From the human T2T-CHM13v2.0 reference genome, Homo sapiens, in the NCBI RefSeq assembly GCF_009914755.1, contig NC_060925.1: 64,000 bases of DNA. One strand, 5' to 3'. A program made the translations under genes and the position numbers. Shown piece by piece: positions 1 to 13,757 of this stretch (position 1 is its first letter; each line of letters opens with the position of its first letter). Below the pieces are notes generated by a model, which was given only the letters and a program-made list of their open reading frames with translations, did not search any database and was not told where the DNA came from.

Positions 1-129
1 CATATGAATAGACTTTTTCTATCGTTAAGCCATTCTTAAACTCAGGGAATAAATCTTAATTGATTACAATAGCCTATTTATTTATCTTTTTATACACACG
101 GGTGCATTATTAAATAAGATTTACTTATA

Positions 130-1096
130 CAGTAGGTCCCCAAATAATGTTGTTTCATTCACTGTCATTTCTTTATAGCATTGATGAGAAGACAAAAAAG
201 CTCTCTGGCTGGAGCCACTCTCTATGTGGAATTTGCATGTTCTCCCCATGCCTGCACTGATATTCTCCCACATCCCAAAGCTGTGCACAGATTTTGTAGG
301 TGCCCTAAATGAATTGGTGTGTCTGAATGGTTCCAGTCTGAGTGAATGTGGAGGTGTGTGTGAGGGCACCTTGTGATGGAAGATTGTCTTGTCCAGGACT
401 GGTTCCCAGAAGAAGATTCAGCCACCCATGACCCTGAACTGGAATAAGCAGGTTGGAAAATAAATGAATACACAAATATAATTTATTGTCAAATAAAAAT
501 TCATAAATGAGACCAAAATCATACAGATAAATGACAATAAGCAATGTGGTATAAAAACACTCAGCAAGCCTGCCCTATTTGCCACAGTTAGTTTTTAAAT
601 TGCATGGTAATAGGAGGTGCTCCTTACAATTTTTGCTTTGCAAACATTTATCCTGGACTTAACCCTTCACCATGACAGCTGCTAATACTCACTGATTCGC
701 CAAATTTGGGTAAATAATGATCTTACTTGTTTTTATTACTCTTTCTTAATTGTACATGTAGCTCTCTTTTATTTCATTGTTTAATATTAGAAGTGTTTTG
801 GGTCTTTATTTAGAAGTCTGGTAAGTTTTTGTTACCAGAAATATGCCATGGGAACTTAACTCTTGTTTATACCAATTAGCCTAAGATAATAATGAATGAA
901 ATAAGATAATAATGAAAACAATTATTGAAACAATTTATAATCGTTTTCATTATAAAACAAAAAACCAGTCCTGGACAAGACAACCTTCCATCACAAGGTG
1001 CCCTCACACACACCTCCACATTCACTCAGACTGGAACCATGATTTAAAGTCGTAGTTTCAAAGAACCTATTGACAACATTTAGTGAGGATTTGCTG
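130..1096 (+). mobile_element. MER6 (TcMar-Tigger non-autonomous DNA transposon), full length, with an internal templated insertion
   Basis: TA + CAGTAGGTCCCCAAATAATGTTGTTTC start; MER6 core GTGGAATTTGCATGTTCTCCCCATG...CCCACATCCCAAAG; ends GTGAGGATTTGCTG (TIR). Confidence 0.9.
963..1040 (-). repeat. 78-bp inverted duplicate of 327-404
   Basis: Reverse complement matches 77/78 (mismatch at 984). Confidence 0.97.
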
Positions 1097-1204
1097 TGTT
1101 ATATTTAGGGTTGTCTCGATCTATCTCTCTTTCTTTTTCTTTTTTCCATATTCCAAATTGAGATTGGCAGTGAAGGCATTTTGTCTTCCACTCTCAGAGC
1201 TCTC

Positions 1205-1800
1205 ACCAGATGAATCTCAGATCATTATCTCCAGCCCGACATTTCTCCTGAGCTCCGGTCCACACATTTTTACCTGAGTACTTCATTTTCACATGCTCAA
1301 AAAATTGTCTTCCACCAATGGCTGCTCTTTTCTTTGACTTTTTTAAACCTAAAAATTGGTTTTGAGCTCTCTTCTTTGCTATATTTCATATCTAATTAAT
1401 TTCCATGGTCTGTTAGTTCTGCTATGTGACACATCTTTACTTTCTCTCTCTTCATTTCCATCCTTACTATCGTAATCCAAGTCCTCATTACTATTTCCCT
1501 AGATTATTACAAGAACTATCTAACTAGTCTTTCTTGCTGCAGATTTGATTCTTAACCCCATTCTCCCATTCTAATCTACAGATTCTGCCAGGTAATCTCT
1601 AAAAAGAGTCTCTTTCATTATGTCAGTCTTAAGAGCATGCTGTGGCTCTTAGTTGTTTGTGATACTTAAGTGCTTCCTGGTTGACATGTCTCTCCAATCA
1701 TAGTTTCCATCAGTTTCCTTCAGAACCTATCTTCCAGCCACACAAGTGACTGTTCCCCAATATGTCTTAGCATTTTCAACATGTAAACTTCTCCTACATT
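1205..1800 (+). mobile_element. L2 LINE fragment
   Basis: ATCTCCAGCCCGACATTTCTCCTGAGCTCC and CTAGATTATTACAAGAACTATCTAACTAGTCT resemble the L2 3' region. Confidence 0.65.
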
Positions 1801-1949
1801 GCCCTTACAATGTCTCTGACTCAAAATCTTAAGCTATCATAGCTCATAGCTAGTGTTTACTGAGCACGTATAATATTCTGGGTAGTGAGCCAACTGCCTA
1901 ACGTACATCCTTTTCAGTGATCACCATGCTCCTGTGATGGTAAAGATTG

Positions 1950-2178
1950 CTGCATTGACTGAGTGCTTACATGGTCCAGGCACTGTTCTAAGTATTATTT
2001 CACTAAATTCTCACAACAACTCCATAGACAGGTGCTGTTATTATCCTTAGTTTCAAAGGAGGAAATGAGATATAGAGAGGTGAAGTAACTTTCACAGGAC
2101 TATACAACCAGGAAGTTGCGGATCCAGGATTTGAATGCAAGTAGTCAGATTCTAGAACCTCCATGCTTTACCATTATG
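1950..2178 (-). mobile_element. MIR SINE
   Basis: GGAAATGAGATATAGAGAGGTGAAGTAACTT...CAGGATTTGAATGCAAG, antisense MIR core. Confidence 0.85.
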
Positions 2179-2475
2179 TAGGAGGAAATTGATGCTTGGA
2201 GAAGTAGAAAAACTAGTCCATCTGTGCAGGACTTCAGGGGCATTGGTTAATGACCCTATCTCTGATTCTCTTATTTCCTTTTCTAGACATTCACTTCTCC
2301 AGATCCTCCCATGTTTACTGTAAAGTCTAATTCCCATACTAAATCCTTTAATCCCCTAATACATGGCTCTGCTTTCCTAACTGAACCCTGACACACTCAC
2401 AGTACTTTCCAGCTCACACATAACTTTCATAGACATGATCTCATTTATTCCAAAGCTTTCCTGGGATTCAAATTA

Positions 2476-2506
<31 letters not shown>

Positions 2507-3504
2507 TGAGTCTCCCCGAGCAAACCCTAAGCCTCTCAAGAGTGAAGATGGTAAAAGAAGAGAGAAATGCTCTTCCTGTAGTGCCCTCAAGTCTTAAGTG
2601 AGAAAATAGATACAAAATATAGGAGTCACAGTTCATGCATTTGCCAAAGGAAAGTAATTCTGAACTTCCAGATGCTTTTGCATGAAGGTGGAGTTTTGCA
2701 AGTCTGGAGGACAGCTCCTGGAGATGAAAATAAATTCTACCACTTTACCGGAGAGTTTTATTTCCTCCATATGTTTGTACATTTTTCTTTCCTTATGTTT
2801 GTGATTCATCTGTGGCTCAAGAGATGTGTGGTGCCGGGGGATTGATGGCTGGGAGGGCTGCAGAAATGGTGTAGACAGTTACTGCAGTGATGTGATACAA
2901 TTCTTGGCATTTGCACAAATATGGAGTGTTCAGACAGCCACAAAGTGGTGGAAGTAGCTCTGAGAACCCTGACTTTTACTGGGAAATCACCTGATTTTAG
3001 GTGAGGCCGGGAGATCACAGAAAAGAAGATTGATAGCAAACTTTTATAACAACTTTGGGATAGCCTTAGTTATGAGTAAACACTTTCACTACCAATCACA
3101 ACATTGTTAGCTTTGATCAGGCCTTTGATGAGGCTTTCTGGTGCTTACTGTTCTCTGTCTTCTGCCTTCATGCTCCCTGGAATTTTACTGTCTCCCTCAT
3201 AGGCTAGTTGAGATGTGGAAGAAATAATCTATGTAGAGCATTTGGCACATCCCCAGCTCCTCCCATGTTTGCTCGGCTCAGATACCTACTAAAGTGCCTG
3301 CTGCATAACAGACAATTTGCAGATTAATTGGAAAACCAGAATAATACCCAGGATGCCTGACTTCTATTCTGGTACCCCTTTTACATTAACTTTTTTTTTT
3401 TTAATCAGTTATGTTACATATGCTTACTCATATATTGTCTTCATATCCCATGTGGCAAAGCAGATACATGTGTTGTAACACCTTATTGGTTAGAGACTGC
3501 CTTC

Positions 3505-3824
3505 CTGGTTCTACTCATTACATTCCAATCGTGGCATATCCTCTAAACTTTCTTTTCCCTTCATAAATCCTCTTTCTTTTTTTTCCCCCTCACAGTTTTC
3601 CTGAACAGGTTGACTATTAATTGTGTCTGCTTGATGTGGACACCAGGTGGCGCTGGACATCAGATTTGGAGAGGCAGTTGTCTAGGGAACCGGGCTCTGT
3701 GCCAGCGCAGGAGGCAGGCTGGCTCTCCTACTCCAGGGATGCTCATCCAGGAAGGAAAGGTTGCATGCTGGACACACTAACCTTGAAGAATTCTTCTGTC
3801 TCTCTCGTCATTTAGAAAGGAAGG
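3505..3824 (+). promoter_or_regulatory. CTCF-binding insulator, likely the published human 'A1' insulator
   Basis: Perfect CTCF core CACCAGGTGGCGCT at 3641-3654; flanks CTGGTTCTACTCATTACATTCC...CATTTAGAAAGGAAGG match my recollection of A1. Confidence 0.85.
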
Positions 3825-4500
3825 AAATTGTTAATTTTTAAAAATAAGTCAAACTCGAATTTTACAAGAAAGTCCATCTCTAAACAAACCTCTACCACAC
3901 CCAGCTACGAAGTAATCCAAAATTGATAGTTTCTTAATGCTCATGCAAAGCCTTCACTGAGAATGACTTTTCCATTTTCGTGGCAACAGAAAAAGGAAGC
4001 AGAACATAAGCTCTAATAAGAAAGGTAGTTACTCAGACAGGGGTAAAGGGACTCCAGGGGGAACTGAATTGAAGCCTGGAATGAGAAATATTACCATACT
4101 TCATAAATGCTAAGATGTCATTGATTTTAAGTCTCCCTGCTGCTTTATTTGCAGTAAGGAAGAAAATAGTCCTGCCAACTAAATTGAATTGTTGACTGTA
4201 AGGCCTAATCTGATTTCAGAGATATTTAAGTGGGAATAAAACTTTCTGTCTTTGTATTAAATATGGTAACTCTGAGGAGAGTATTCAGTCAGTTGCCTTC
4301 TAGTTGTCTTAGCCTCCCGCTCAACCTGTCTCTACCCTGGAGCACCTAAGAGATGGCTTGAAAACAACCGCGTTTACAGGACTTCCAGGAGAATGGTTCT
4401 TGTTCTTACTGAGAGTAAATACAGACTGCTTCCTTCCACTTCTCCTTAGAGAGTTAAATGAACCCCTGTAGTCAAAGATGACTCACTGCAGCCACTAGAA

Positions 4501-4881
4501 CAGAGGTTGGCCAACTATGGTCCTTGGGCCAAATCTGCTCCAACACCTGTTTTTATACACTCCAGAAGTTTAGAATGGTTTTCACAGGTGAACATTTGCA
4601 ATTAATTTGATAATAGGGACCATTAACTATGACTCCAATTAAGAGAAATGTTATGCCTTCTAAAAGTGTTTAATTCTTGTCATTAGTAGACTTGTATTAT
4701 AAGAAATTATACTCAATTATTATTATTACATTTTGAATTTTGCCAATAATACATTTATGGAAATTTATTTTACCTCTTGTTACATATGTAGTTACATAAT
4801 GTCATCAACTTTGCCACTTGGGCTGAAAAGCCTAAAATATTTACTGTCTAGCCCTTTACAGAGAAAGTTTACAGACCCCTA
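4501..4881 (+). mobile_element. MER58D-like hAT-Charlie MITE
   Basis: CAGAGGTTGGCCAACTATGG...AAAGCCTAAAATATTTACTGTCTAGCCCTTTACAG...GACCCCT; 8-bp TSD-like CACTAGAA/CTCTAGAC. Confidence 0.88.
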
Positions 4882-5423
4882 CTCTAGACCAAAATGGAAA
4901 TTATGGGTTAGTCTGTTTCAATCATCAATAAGAGTGCCAAGATACCTGAACAGAAGTCGGGCTGAATAAATCAGCTTGCTGCAAATGGCCAGACCCAATC
5001 AATAGATGTGTAATAGGAATGTGGCTACTAAGTAATGAGATTTTTAAAAACACTAGACTTCCACATATAAAATTAAAATTATAAAATTAGTGCTATTCTA
5101 CCCAAAGTAGACACCTAGAGAAATTCTATGGTTATTTTAAAACTCTCAGAATGGTCTTTAAAAGTAGTTTATGAACCATGCAATGAAAATCTATTATTCA
5201 TTTCTATTAGCATTTCTTGAGTATGTGCTAGGTAAAGTGAAAGACATGGATGGGGTAAAAGATGAATTACATATCGTAGCTTGAATTTTATAATCATATT
5301 TTGTTTTGACCTCAAATAATGTTTACCTGATTTCAATCACTAGATTTAACTTTAAATGACTTTGAAAAAACTTATAAAATATGCCCTCAGTGTTTGAAGA
5401 TGCAATTCCAACTAAAGATATTG

Positions 5424-5588
5424 GGCCAGACATAGTGGCTCATTCCTGTAATTTCAGTACTTTGGAAGGCTGAGGCAGGAGGATTGCTTTAGCTCCGGAG
5501 TTCAAGGTTGCAGTAAGCTATGATCACACCACTGCACTCCAGCCTGGGTGATGGAATGAGATCCTGTATTTAAACAATAAAAATAAAA
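5424..5588 (+). mobile_element. Free Alu monomer (FRAM/FAM-like)
   Basis: Single monomer with right-arm insert, A-rich tail, TSD-like AAAGATATTG/AAATATATTG. Confidence 0.85.
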
Positions 5589-7941
5589 TATATTGATATG
5601 CTGCAATCACAAGAGAGAATTGTAATAGAATTTTAAAAGTGTCCAGAGCAGTGGCACAATTGCACAGCCTCCTAATGTGATTGGGAAGAAATACTCTCTG
5701 GAAACTCTCTAGCATGCACAAGACTTAATGTTTTTGATAAAAAGTTCATTCTGATATTTTATGATCACACTTCATATATTCACATACCACACCAGGCTAC
5801 GACTTGGCAAGGAAACAATTCCTTGTTTTAGTTGGAGGAAGGGCTGTATATAAGGGAGTGGGAAAGTTGAAGCAAAACTTTAACTTTTCATAGGGGAATT
5901 CCTAGGTGCTCTCCACTTGAAAAATCATACTGCCTCAGAATTAATGGTCATGATAATTTTGAATCCCCTCTTCTTGAATCTTGGATTTACAGCTGATTTC
6001 CTTACTGAAATCTGTGTCTGATACTGCTTTCCAAGGATGCTAGACAAGTTAATTCTGTCTAATTCAGACTGCATTTCTGAAAACAGGGAGAGAGATTGAG
6101 AATGGAGAGAGGGAGTGAAGAACAGAGACACATACACAGAGAGAGCAAGAGACACAGAGACAGAGGAATTGAGAGATATTGAGAGAGATAAAACAATGTA
6201 AGACAGTCAGTGTGGTCTGCATCTGCTTAAGAGTTAGGAATTGGATTTAAAGTTGAACAAAGAAAAATGGGAGGGCCACTCAACCCTCCTATTTGTCTTA
6301 TTTATGTAACAATGTAATCCTTGATATCTCTATTAATGTAACTTGACCTGACACACTCACTAGACTGATTTTATTTCTTTCAGTAATTTTCTGTTATTGG
6401 TTACTTTCAAAACTATGTCTCTGATTGGAACAAAAAGAATTGTACATCAGGGACCTCTGTAAATTCACTTTTATTTATTATCAGTTAGGATCTTATAGTC
6501 AGTGAATTTGGCTTATCGTGGCTTTAGCACAGATGGTAATGTACTTACTGGTCTCTGAAATTTCTGTTTTGGGGACATGGAGGCAGGGATCTCTAGAAGA
6601 TTTCCCCCAGAGCCACATCTACAAGAAATATTGGTATAGTTATATCAAAATGTACAACTTCCTTTAAGCAACTTTTAAATTACATTTTATTAGTTATGTC
6701 CTTAAGGCTGTTTGTGCCAATCTTTCCTTTTCTTAAAAAAATCAGTTCATATTAAGTACATTCTTTTACTGTGAAGCTTATGTTAACAGATGAAAAAAGG
6801 TTTGAGGAAAGGAGAAGAGTTAGGATGTGGCATCTTTGAACTAAAGAGCGTTCCAGAAGGAGAGATGCAGTGCCAGCCAGTCTTCTAATGTTTTGGGGAA
6901 CCATGATGAGATGGATTATTTTCAAGGCTGTCAAGTCTCAAGGCTTCCTTGGATTTTCAGTATGGTAGCGTAATCAAGATGGGGATATAACCTTGCTCAA
7001 CCCTTGCTGTCTCTTCCACCAAAATGGCAAAAGATCACCTTCAGCTTGCTTATAAAAGACCCATGTTGAAATAACATTTGTAGTAAAGTCGTGAACTCTT
7101 CTATACATTGGTCTTTCTTTTGTCTGAAGTGCATTCATGTGAATGTACAAAATCTCACCAGAAGCAGAATTCATGTCATATAGCCCCCTAAAAGAATTTT
7201 CTCCTGGGAGGGAATGCTGAGTGTTTTGTTTTGTTGTGTTTTTGACTTGTATTAAAAATATTCTGTGCATAGAGCTGTCTGGAACTGATTATTCACTGAA
7301 GACTGCTCTTTGTATGTTTTTAATGTTCATCCAGCAGATTCAGCTCTGGCTCAACAGATAAAGGATTTCATATATTTGTGCATTCAAAATATTTTAATTA
7401 TTAGAAAATGAAGAGAGTTGAAATGTCTTTTTAAAATTCAGATGCCTGTCTGTTGTTTTTAAAGTCTTCGATACTTTGCTTTTTAACTTCTGCATAGGGT
7501 CTGCATGATGTGCCCTGTATCCACATGGTGCATATGATAGCAGCCCCTGTGAATGGATAGCAGTGAGCATAAATATAACTGGGATTACCCCTTGAAGCAT
7601 TCCTCTGTAATAATGTAAAGAAATATGATTCTAATGGATCTGACACTTCTTAGATAAGGTATTTATACTTAAATCTGCACACACAAGCTTCAGGTGACAC
7701 CTGCAAATGTTAACAGCTGTAAGAGAGATAGGGCTGGAAATAGAGTGGTGGTCATGATTGCCAACTTAGAACGTAAGATTACAATTTATTCTTTTGTAAA
7801 CTTTCCAGAACCTATCCTATTTAAACCTTTTCCCTAGTATCACTGGGTACAAGAAAGAGCTTCATAGTGCTTTGGGTTTCTTCCTCACTCATATTCTATG
7901 GACTACAGAACAGCTTTCAATTCAATACTCAAAAACTATTG

Positions 7942-7945
<4 letters not shown>

Positions 7946-7991
<46 letters not shown>
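7946..7991. repeat. (TG)23 microsatellite
   Basis: Perfect TG run. Confidence 0.98.
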
Positions 7992-7992
<1 letters not shown>

Positions 7993-9889
7993 TCTATCGA
8001 CTACATAGAATCTGCAGACACTGTTCTAACTACTTTTGATGTATTAATTTTTAATCCCAACCACCCAATGAGGTGTATTATATATTTTATTTTTTTTCCA
8101 AAGAGATAGCTACTAAACACCTAGCTCTACACTAGCTAGTAATCATACTAATAGGTAATCATACTACCTATTGATTTATTTCCTCCAGGTTTCCTATTTT
8201 ACCTTTAAACAAAAGTAATCTGGCAAGGAATCTTTGGTTTCACTAAGGGCTAGGAGGGGAGACAGGGCAGTGGTTATCCTGGCGTCTCTGAAGTGTCATC
8301 CTCTTCCCAGTCTTATTAGTCATGCATACTGGCATGGTGGAGAGTTCCTGGAAGACTTTCACAGAGTCATGGGCCATAGCTAACATGCTTCAAGTCAAGC
8401 ATAGCATTTTCTTGATTTCTCAAACATTTTTTGTCACACTGCCTATTATAGGGATAACACTAGATGAGGGAGATTATATTGTCTTATGAAATATGTTTTA
8501 TAATATGTTTGTAATATGTTTTATTATTATTTGGATTAAAAAACAGTGGAAGTGCAAAGTGTTAGAATTTTTGGTGACATATGAACTATACATTTTATTG
8601 GGCTAGGATCAGAAGGCTGAAAGTAGTCTTAATGTAGGCCTCATCTCCATTCATGTTTATAAGGCAAAGTAATCTTATTCTTTGAGGTTCATTTGCAGAT
8701 TTGAAAATCATATAGATTGGTCTTAGAAATCAATTTGCAGTGTTATTGTTTGAATATGGCATATATTGGGTTTTTCAAAGGAAATATGAAATCTTCTTAA
8801 ACTCATATCAACACCCTCAGTCTGCCAGATGAGACAAACTTGGTGAAAATCAAACAACTGCTAATTTAGCAAATTGGAAAGGTAAGAGTGGAGATGGAAA
8901 ATCTATACTCAGAAGAACCTTTTCTCGGCAGATTTATATTTAAATAAGCCAATCAAATCGGTTGCCTTAAAGGCCACAGTCATAAGCATAATTAACCTCT
9001 CTGTGGTTGTTGGAAATTGAGAATGTTTAGTGTTCTGAAGAAATAACTGTCTTTTTCTTTTATAAGATAGTGAATTACATTATCTTTAAAGGAAAATTCT
9101 GAAAGTAAGCCTTTTGGTGATTATAAAAACCCTGTGGTTATTAATTCAGCTGAATACTTTTGAAGTCACTCTCCCTTTACATTTTGGACTTTTAGTTTTA
9201 ATTCTTCCCTCCAAAATTTGCTTCTTCTCCTCTTGCCATTACCTTTGGGAAGGCAAATATTTGTCTCTTTCCAATATTAATGAGATCTTGCTTTCTCAAT
9301 AACAAAGTAACTGCTGATGGATAAAACAACGAAAATATGCAATTTTTTTCCCTCAAGGTATTTAATTCACTTGCCTTTTCATCTTTGAGATTGTCAGTTC
9401 TGATAAAATTTTAGTGTAAATCAGCAAAACATTTGGCTTATTAAAAAGGGCCAAACTACAGAGAATGCTGGTCTACAGAACTTCAGAGAATCCCTGAGAG
9501 AATTCTAAGGTAGTATTTTTGGCTACATTTTATAGGATGAATGCTCTTGGAAATAGCTGTCAGGATGTTGATCTTTGGAGCTTTAATACCTTAATTTTCT
9601 TGTCATCTTATTTCCAACTTTCTTCTGCATTATTTTACCTGGACAAAATTCACCCTTCAGTCAAGACACATTTAGGATAATAGTTGTCAGGGAATCAACT
9701 TGTTTCCAGGAGGTTTTTAAAGCATTTTGATTTCTTCAACTATTCTAAATTGATATAAAATGGAGAGTTTTTCTCTCTAGCATGCAATTTATTAAAATAC
9801 TATAAATTTGTCATTAAAAATGAGGAAGCCTTACCCTCTGTGGTTTTTCTTTTTTTTAATTGTATCTGACCATTGCTGAAAAGCCCATT

Positions 9890-10035
9890 GTATTGTATGT
9901 ATTTGTTCATTTCACTATCACTCTAATAGATTGTGAGCTACTCAAGGACAAGGGTTGTGTCTTAATCACCTTTGTATTCCCAGAGCTAGTGCAGGGCTTG
10001 GCACCCAGTGGATACTAAACACATGGAAACAAATG
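9890..10035 (+). mobile_element. L2 3' end
   Basis: TAGATTGTGAGCTACTCAAGGACAAGG...CTTGGCACCCAGTGG. Confidence 0.75.
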
Positions 10036-10601
10036 ACTGCAAGTTAAGACAAGGTCCTGGGTCATGCTTCTAATTCCCAACAAGACTGAACCAAAGGCAT
10101 CCAAGAGGCGTAGTTGTAGCATATCTTATATTTTAAGAGTCTTTGAAGAAGTATGGTCAGCAAAATTGTATGCAACATGTACCATATTTACACAGTACAT
10201 TTCCCAAAGTACTTACATTATCACATCTATTGTAATAATTAAGTGATATGGTATTGATCCTGGTTGGGTATTGCACATAGTAGACACTCAATAAATACCT
10301 GCTGAATGAGTGAAGGACTAAAACATTTAGCAAATAAGGGGTTTAAAACACAAATCAACTGTCACTGACTTAAGCAAGTTAACATAAGAATTTGAACTAA
10401 ACTCTTAAGTTTCCTGAATTGGTAAATATATCATGTTGTCTCTTATTTCATCTCTGGCTTTACATAATAAAGTGAATACTTCCAGATACTTGTGTTTTAA
10501 AGCTTAGAACAGCTTAATTTGGGGGAAGGCCAATATGACGTAGTGTAAAATGAGAAGTACACAATATTTTTAAAAAATGAACTTTCACATCCTTCACTTG
10601 G

Positions 10602-11004
10602 TGATATGGTTTGGATGTCTGCCCCCTCCACATCTCATGTTGAAGAGTCATCCTCAGTGTTGGAGGTGAGGCCTGGTGTGAGGTGTTTTGGTCATGGGGG
10701 TGGATCCCTCATGAGGCACCCTTCCTGCAGTAATGAACTCTCACTGTTAAGTCATGTGAGAGCTAGTGGTTTGAAAGAGCCTGGCAGCTCTTTTGCTACC
10801 TCTCTTGCCATGTGGTATGCTGGCTCCCTCCTCACCTTCTGCCATGATTGTAAGCTTCCTGAGGTCCTCACCAGAAGCTGAGCAGATATTGGCACCATGT
10901 TTCTCATATAGCCCGCAGAACCAGGAGCCAAAATAAACCTCTTTTCCTTACAAATTACTCACCCTCACATATTATTTTATAGCAATGCAAAATGGACTAA
11001 CACA
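10602..11004 (+). mobile_element. MSTB-like MaLR solo LTR
   Basis: TGATATGGTTTGGATG...AATAAACC...GGACTAACACA; 5-bp TSD CTTGG on both sides. Confidence 0.92.
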
Positions 11005-11009
11005 CTTGG

Positions 11010-11670
11010 TTTCCAGGATATGACATTCTGTTGGTTTTTCTCCTACCTGAGTAGCTGAGCCTTCTCAGCCTCTTAAATACCATCTATATGCTGATGACTC
11101 CTACATTCATATCTCCAGCACAGTCCTCCCTCCGAGACTACAGACTTGAACAATAAATTGTATACTTGACACCTCTACTTCAATGACTCACAGACCTCTT
11201 AAATTCACCGCATTCAAAACAGAGCTCCTGACTACCCTCCCACAACTTGTGCCACCTACAGCCTTCCCTATTTCAAAGGATCTTCATTGTTTCAGTTACT
11301 CAGCCCAAACACTTGGAGACATCCTTGACTCCTCTCTGTATCTCAAACTTAGAGAGTCTATATAATTTACTTTGAAAACAAGGTACTTTCAGAATGAAAG
11401 GAACTGCTATAACCAATTATGACCAGACAGCAACTTAAACTGGGATTGTTCAGGGCAAAACAGATTCATGTCACCCTACTCCTAACCACATCCAAGCCAT
11501 CAAGAAATGTTAGCTGAACCTTTAGAAATGATCCAAAATCCACCAACTTTTCACCACTGCCAACTATTATAATCTTGCCTCATGTCACTGTTATTGTCTC
11601 TCCTGGATTCTCCAATAACTTCCTAACTGGCCTTCCTATTTCTGCCATTCTCTCATCCTGTCCAAACTCC
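11010..11670 (+). mobile_element. L2a fragment (interrupted by MER94; upstream part split off by MSTB)
   Basis: ACCATCTATATGCTGATGACTCC (L2 YADD region), CATCCTTGACTCCTCTCT. Confidence 0.8.
11350..11478 (+). mobile_element. MER94 (hAT-Blackjack MITE)
   Basis: TATAATTTAC...AATGAAAGGAACTGCTAT...GGGCAAAACAG...GTCACCCTA. Confidence 0.75.
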
Positions 11671-12059
11671 ATCCCAGGTTGGTCCTGTGTGCCTACACCT
11701 CTGTGGTAGGGCTTTTTCAATGTTTCTTCTTCCTCTCTTCTTTGCAACTATTTTAGAGTATTTTGTGTAGGTATAACAATACCATGAACTGAGTAATTTA
11801 TAAAGAAAAGAATTTTATTTCCTATAGTTCTGAAGGTGAGGGGCCTATATTTGGTGAGGGCCTCCTTCCTATGTCATCCCACAGCAGAAGGCAAATGGGC
11901 AAAAGAACATGTACATAAGAGAGAAGGAAGGGGACAAACTCATCATTTATAAGGAACCCACTCCTGAATTAACTGATCTACTCCTGCCATAATGGCAATA
12001 TTCCATTCATAAGGACAGAGGCTTCATGACATAATCACTTCTTAAAAGTTTCACTTCTT

Positions 12060-12389
<330 letters not shown>

Positions 12390-13404
12390 GTTCCACTTCT
12401 CAATACTGTTGTATTGGGGATTATGTTTCCAACACATGAGCTTTGACACACACATTCAAACCATAGCATTTCACTTCTGGTCCTTCCCCAGATTTATGTT
12501 CTTCTTAGGTGCAAAATGCATTAAGTCCATCCCAATAGTCCCTAAAGTCTTAACTTGTTCTAGCATCACCTCAAAAGTCCAAAGTACAGAGTCTCATAGG
12601 AATCAGGTATGGGTGAGACTCAAAGAACAATTCATCCTGAGGCAAATTATTCTCCATCTGTGAGCCCGTGAAATTAAACAATTATATACTTCCAAAATAC
12701 AATGGTGGGAAAGGCATAGGCTAGACATTCCCTTTCCAAAAGGGAGTAACAGAAAAGAAGAAATGAGAAACATGTCCCAAGTAATTCCAAAAGCCAACAG
12801 GGCTAACAACACTACATTTTAAGACTCCAGAATAATCTTTGACTCCCTGGGCCAACTTCTGGACACACTGGGGTGGGGGTTAGGCATCCACGGCCTCAGG
12901 CAGCCCTGCTCCCACAACTTTGCTGGGCTCAGCCCACTCAGAACTCTCACAGGTTGGAGTCTTATGCCTGCAGCTCTTCTAGGCTGGCTTTACACACTGG
13001 TAGCTCTACAGTTCTGGGGTCTCAGGAGTGGCTCCATTCGGCCTAGTGGGGACTCTTGGCAGTGGCCCTCCTCCCATAGCTTCACTAGGCATTGCTTTAG
13101 TGGGGACTGTCTGTGGTGATTCCACCCCTGTAACGAGCCTTTGTTATAAGCCTTCAGGCTGTCCACTACATCCTTTGAAATCCAGAGAAAGCCATGCACC
13201 AACAATTCTTGCATTCTGCATATCTGTAGAATTAGCACATGGATGTCACCAAGGCTCCCTGCTTGTGCACTCCAGAATGGAGGGTTGAGATGCACTTGGG
13301 CCTGCTTGAGCCATGTTGGAGAGGCAGAGAAGTGCTACACTAGAATGTGGAGAGCAGAGACTGAGGGATCCCTGGGCAGTGAGCCCTAAGATACAGAGGG
13401 TACC

Positions 13405-13757
13405 TGATATGGTTTGGCTGTGTCCTCACCCAAATCTCATCTTGAATTCCCAGGTGTGTGGGAGGGACCCAGTGGGAGATGATTGAATCATGGGGTCAGG
13501 TCTTTCCTGTGCTGTTCTCATGATCGTGAATAAATCTCACAAGATCTGATGATTATATAAGGGGGAGTTTCCCCGCACAAGCTCTCTTTGCCTACTGCCA
13601 TCCATTTAAGATGTGACTTGCTCCTCCTTGCCTTCCATCATGATGGTGAGGCTTCCCCAGCCACATGGGAACTGTAAGTCCAATTAAACCTCTTTCCTTT
13701 GTAAATTGCCCAGTCTTGGGTATGTCTTTTTCAGCAGCCTGAAAACAGACTAATATA
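13405..13757 (+). mobile_element. THE1A/B solo LTR
   Basis: TGATATGGTTTGGCTGTGTCC...GACTAATATA; TSD GTACC. Confidence 0.93.

Noticed and set aside
6085-6190. GA-rich tract (also 45360-45440 and 53745-53805)
   Set aside because: Low-complexity sequence with no further structure
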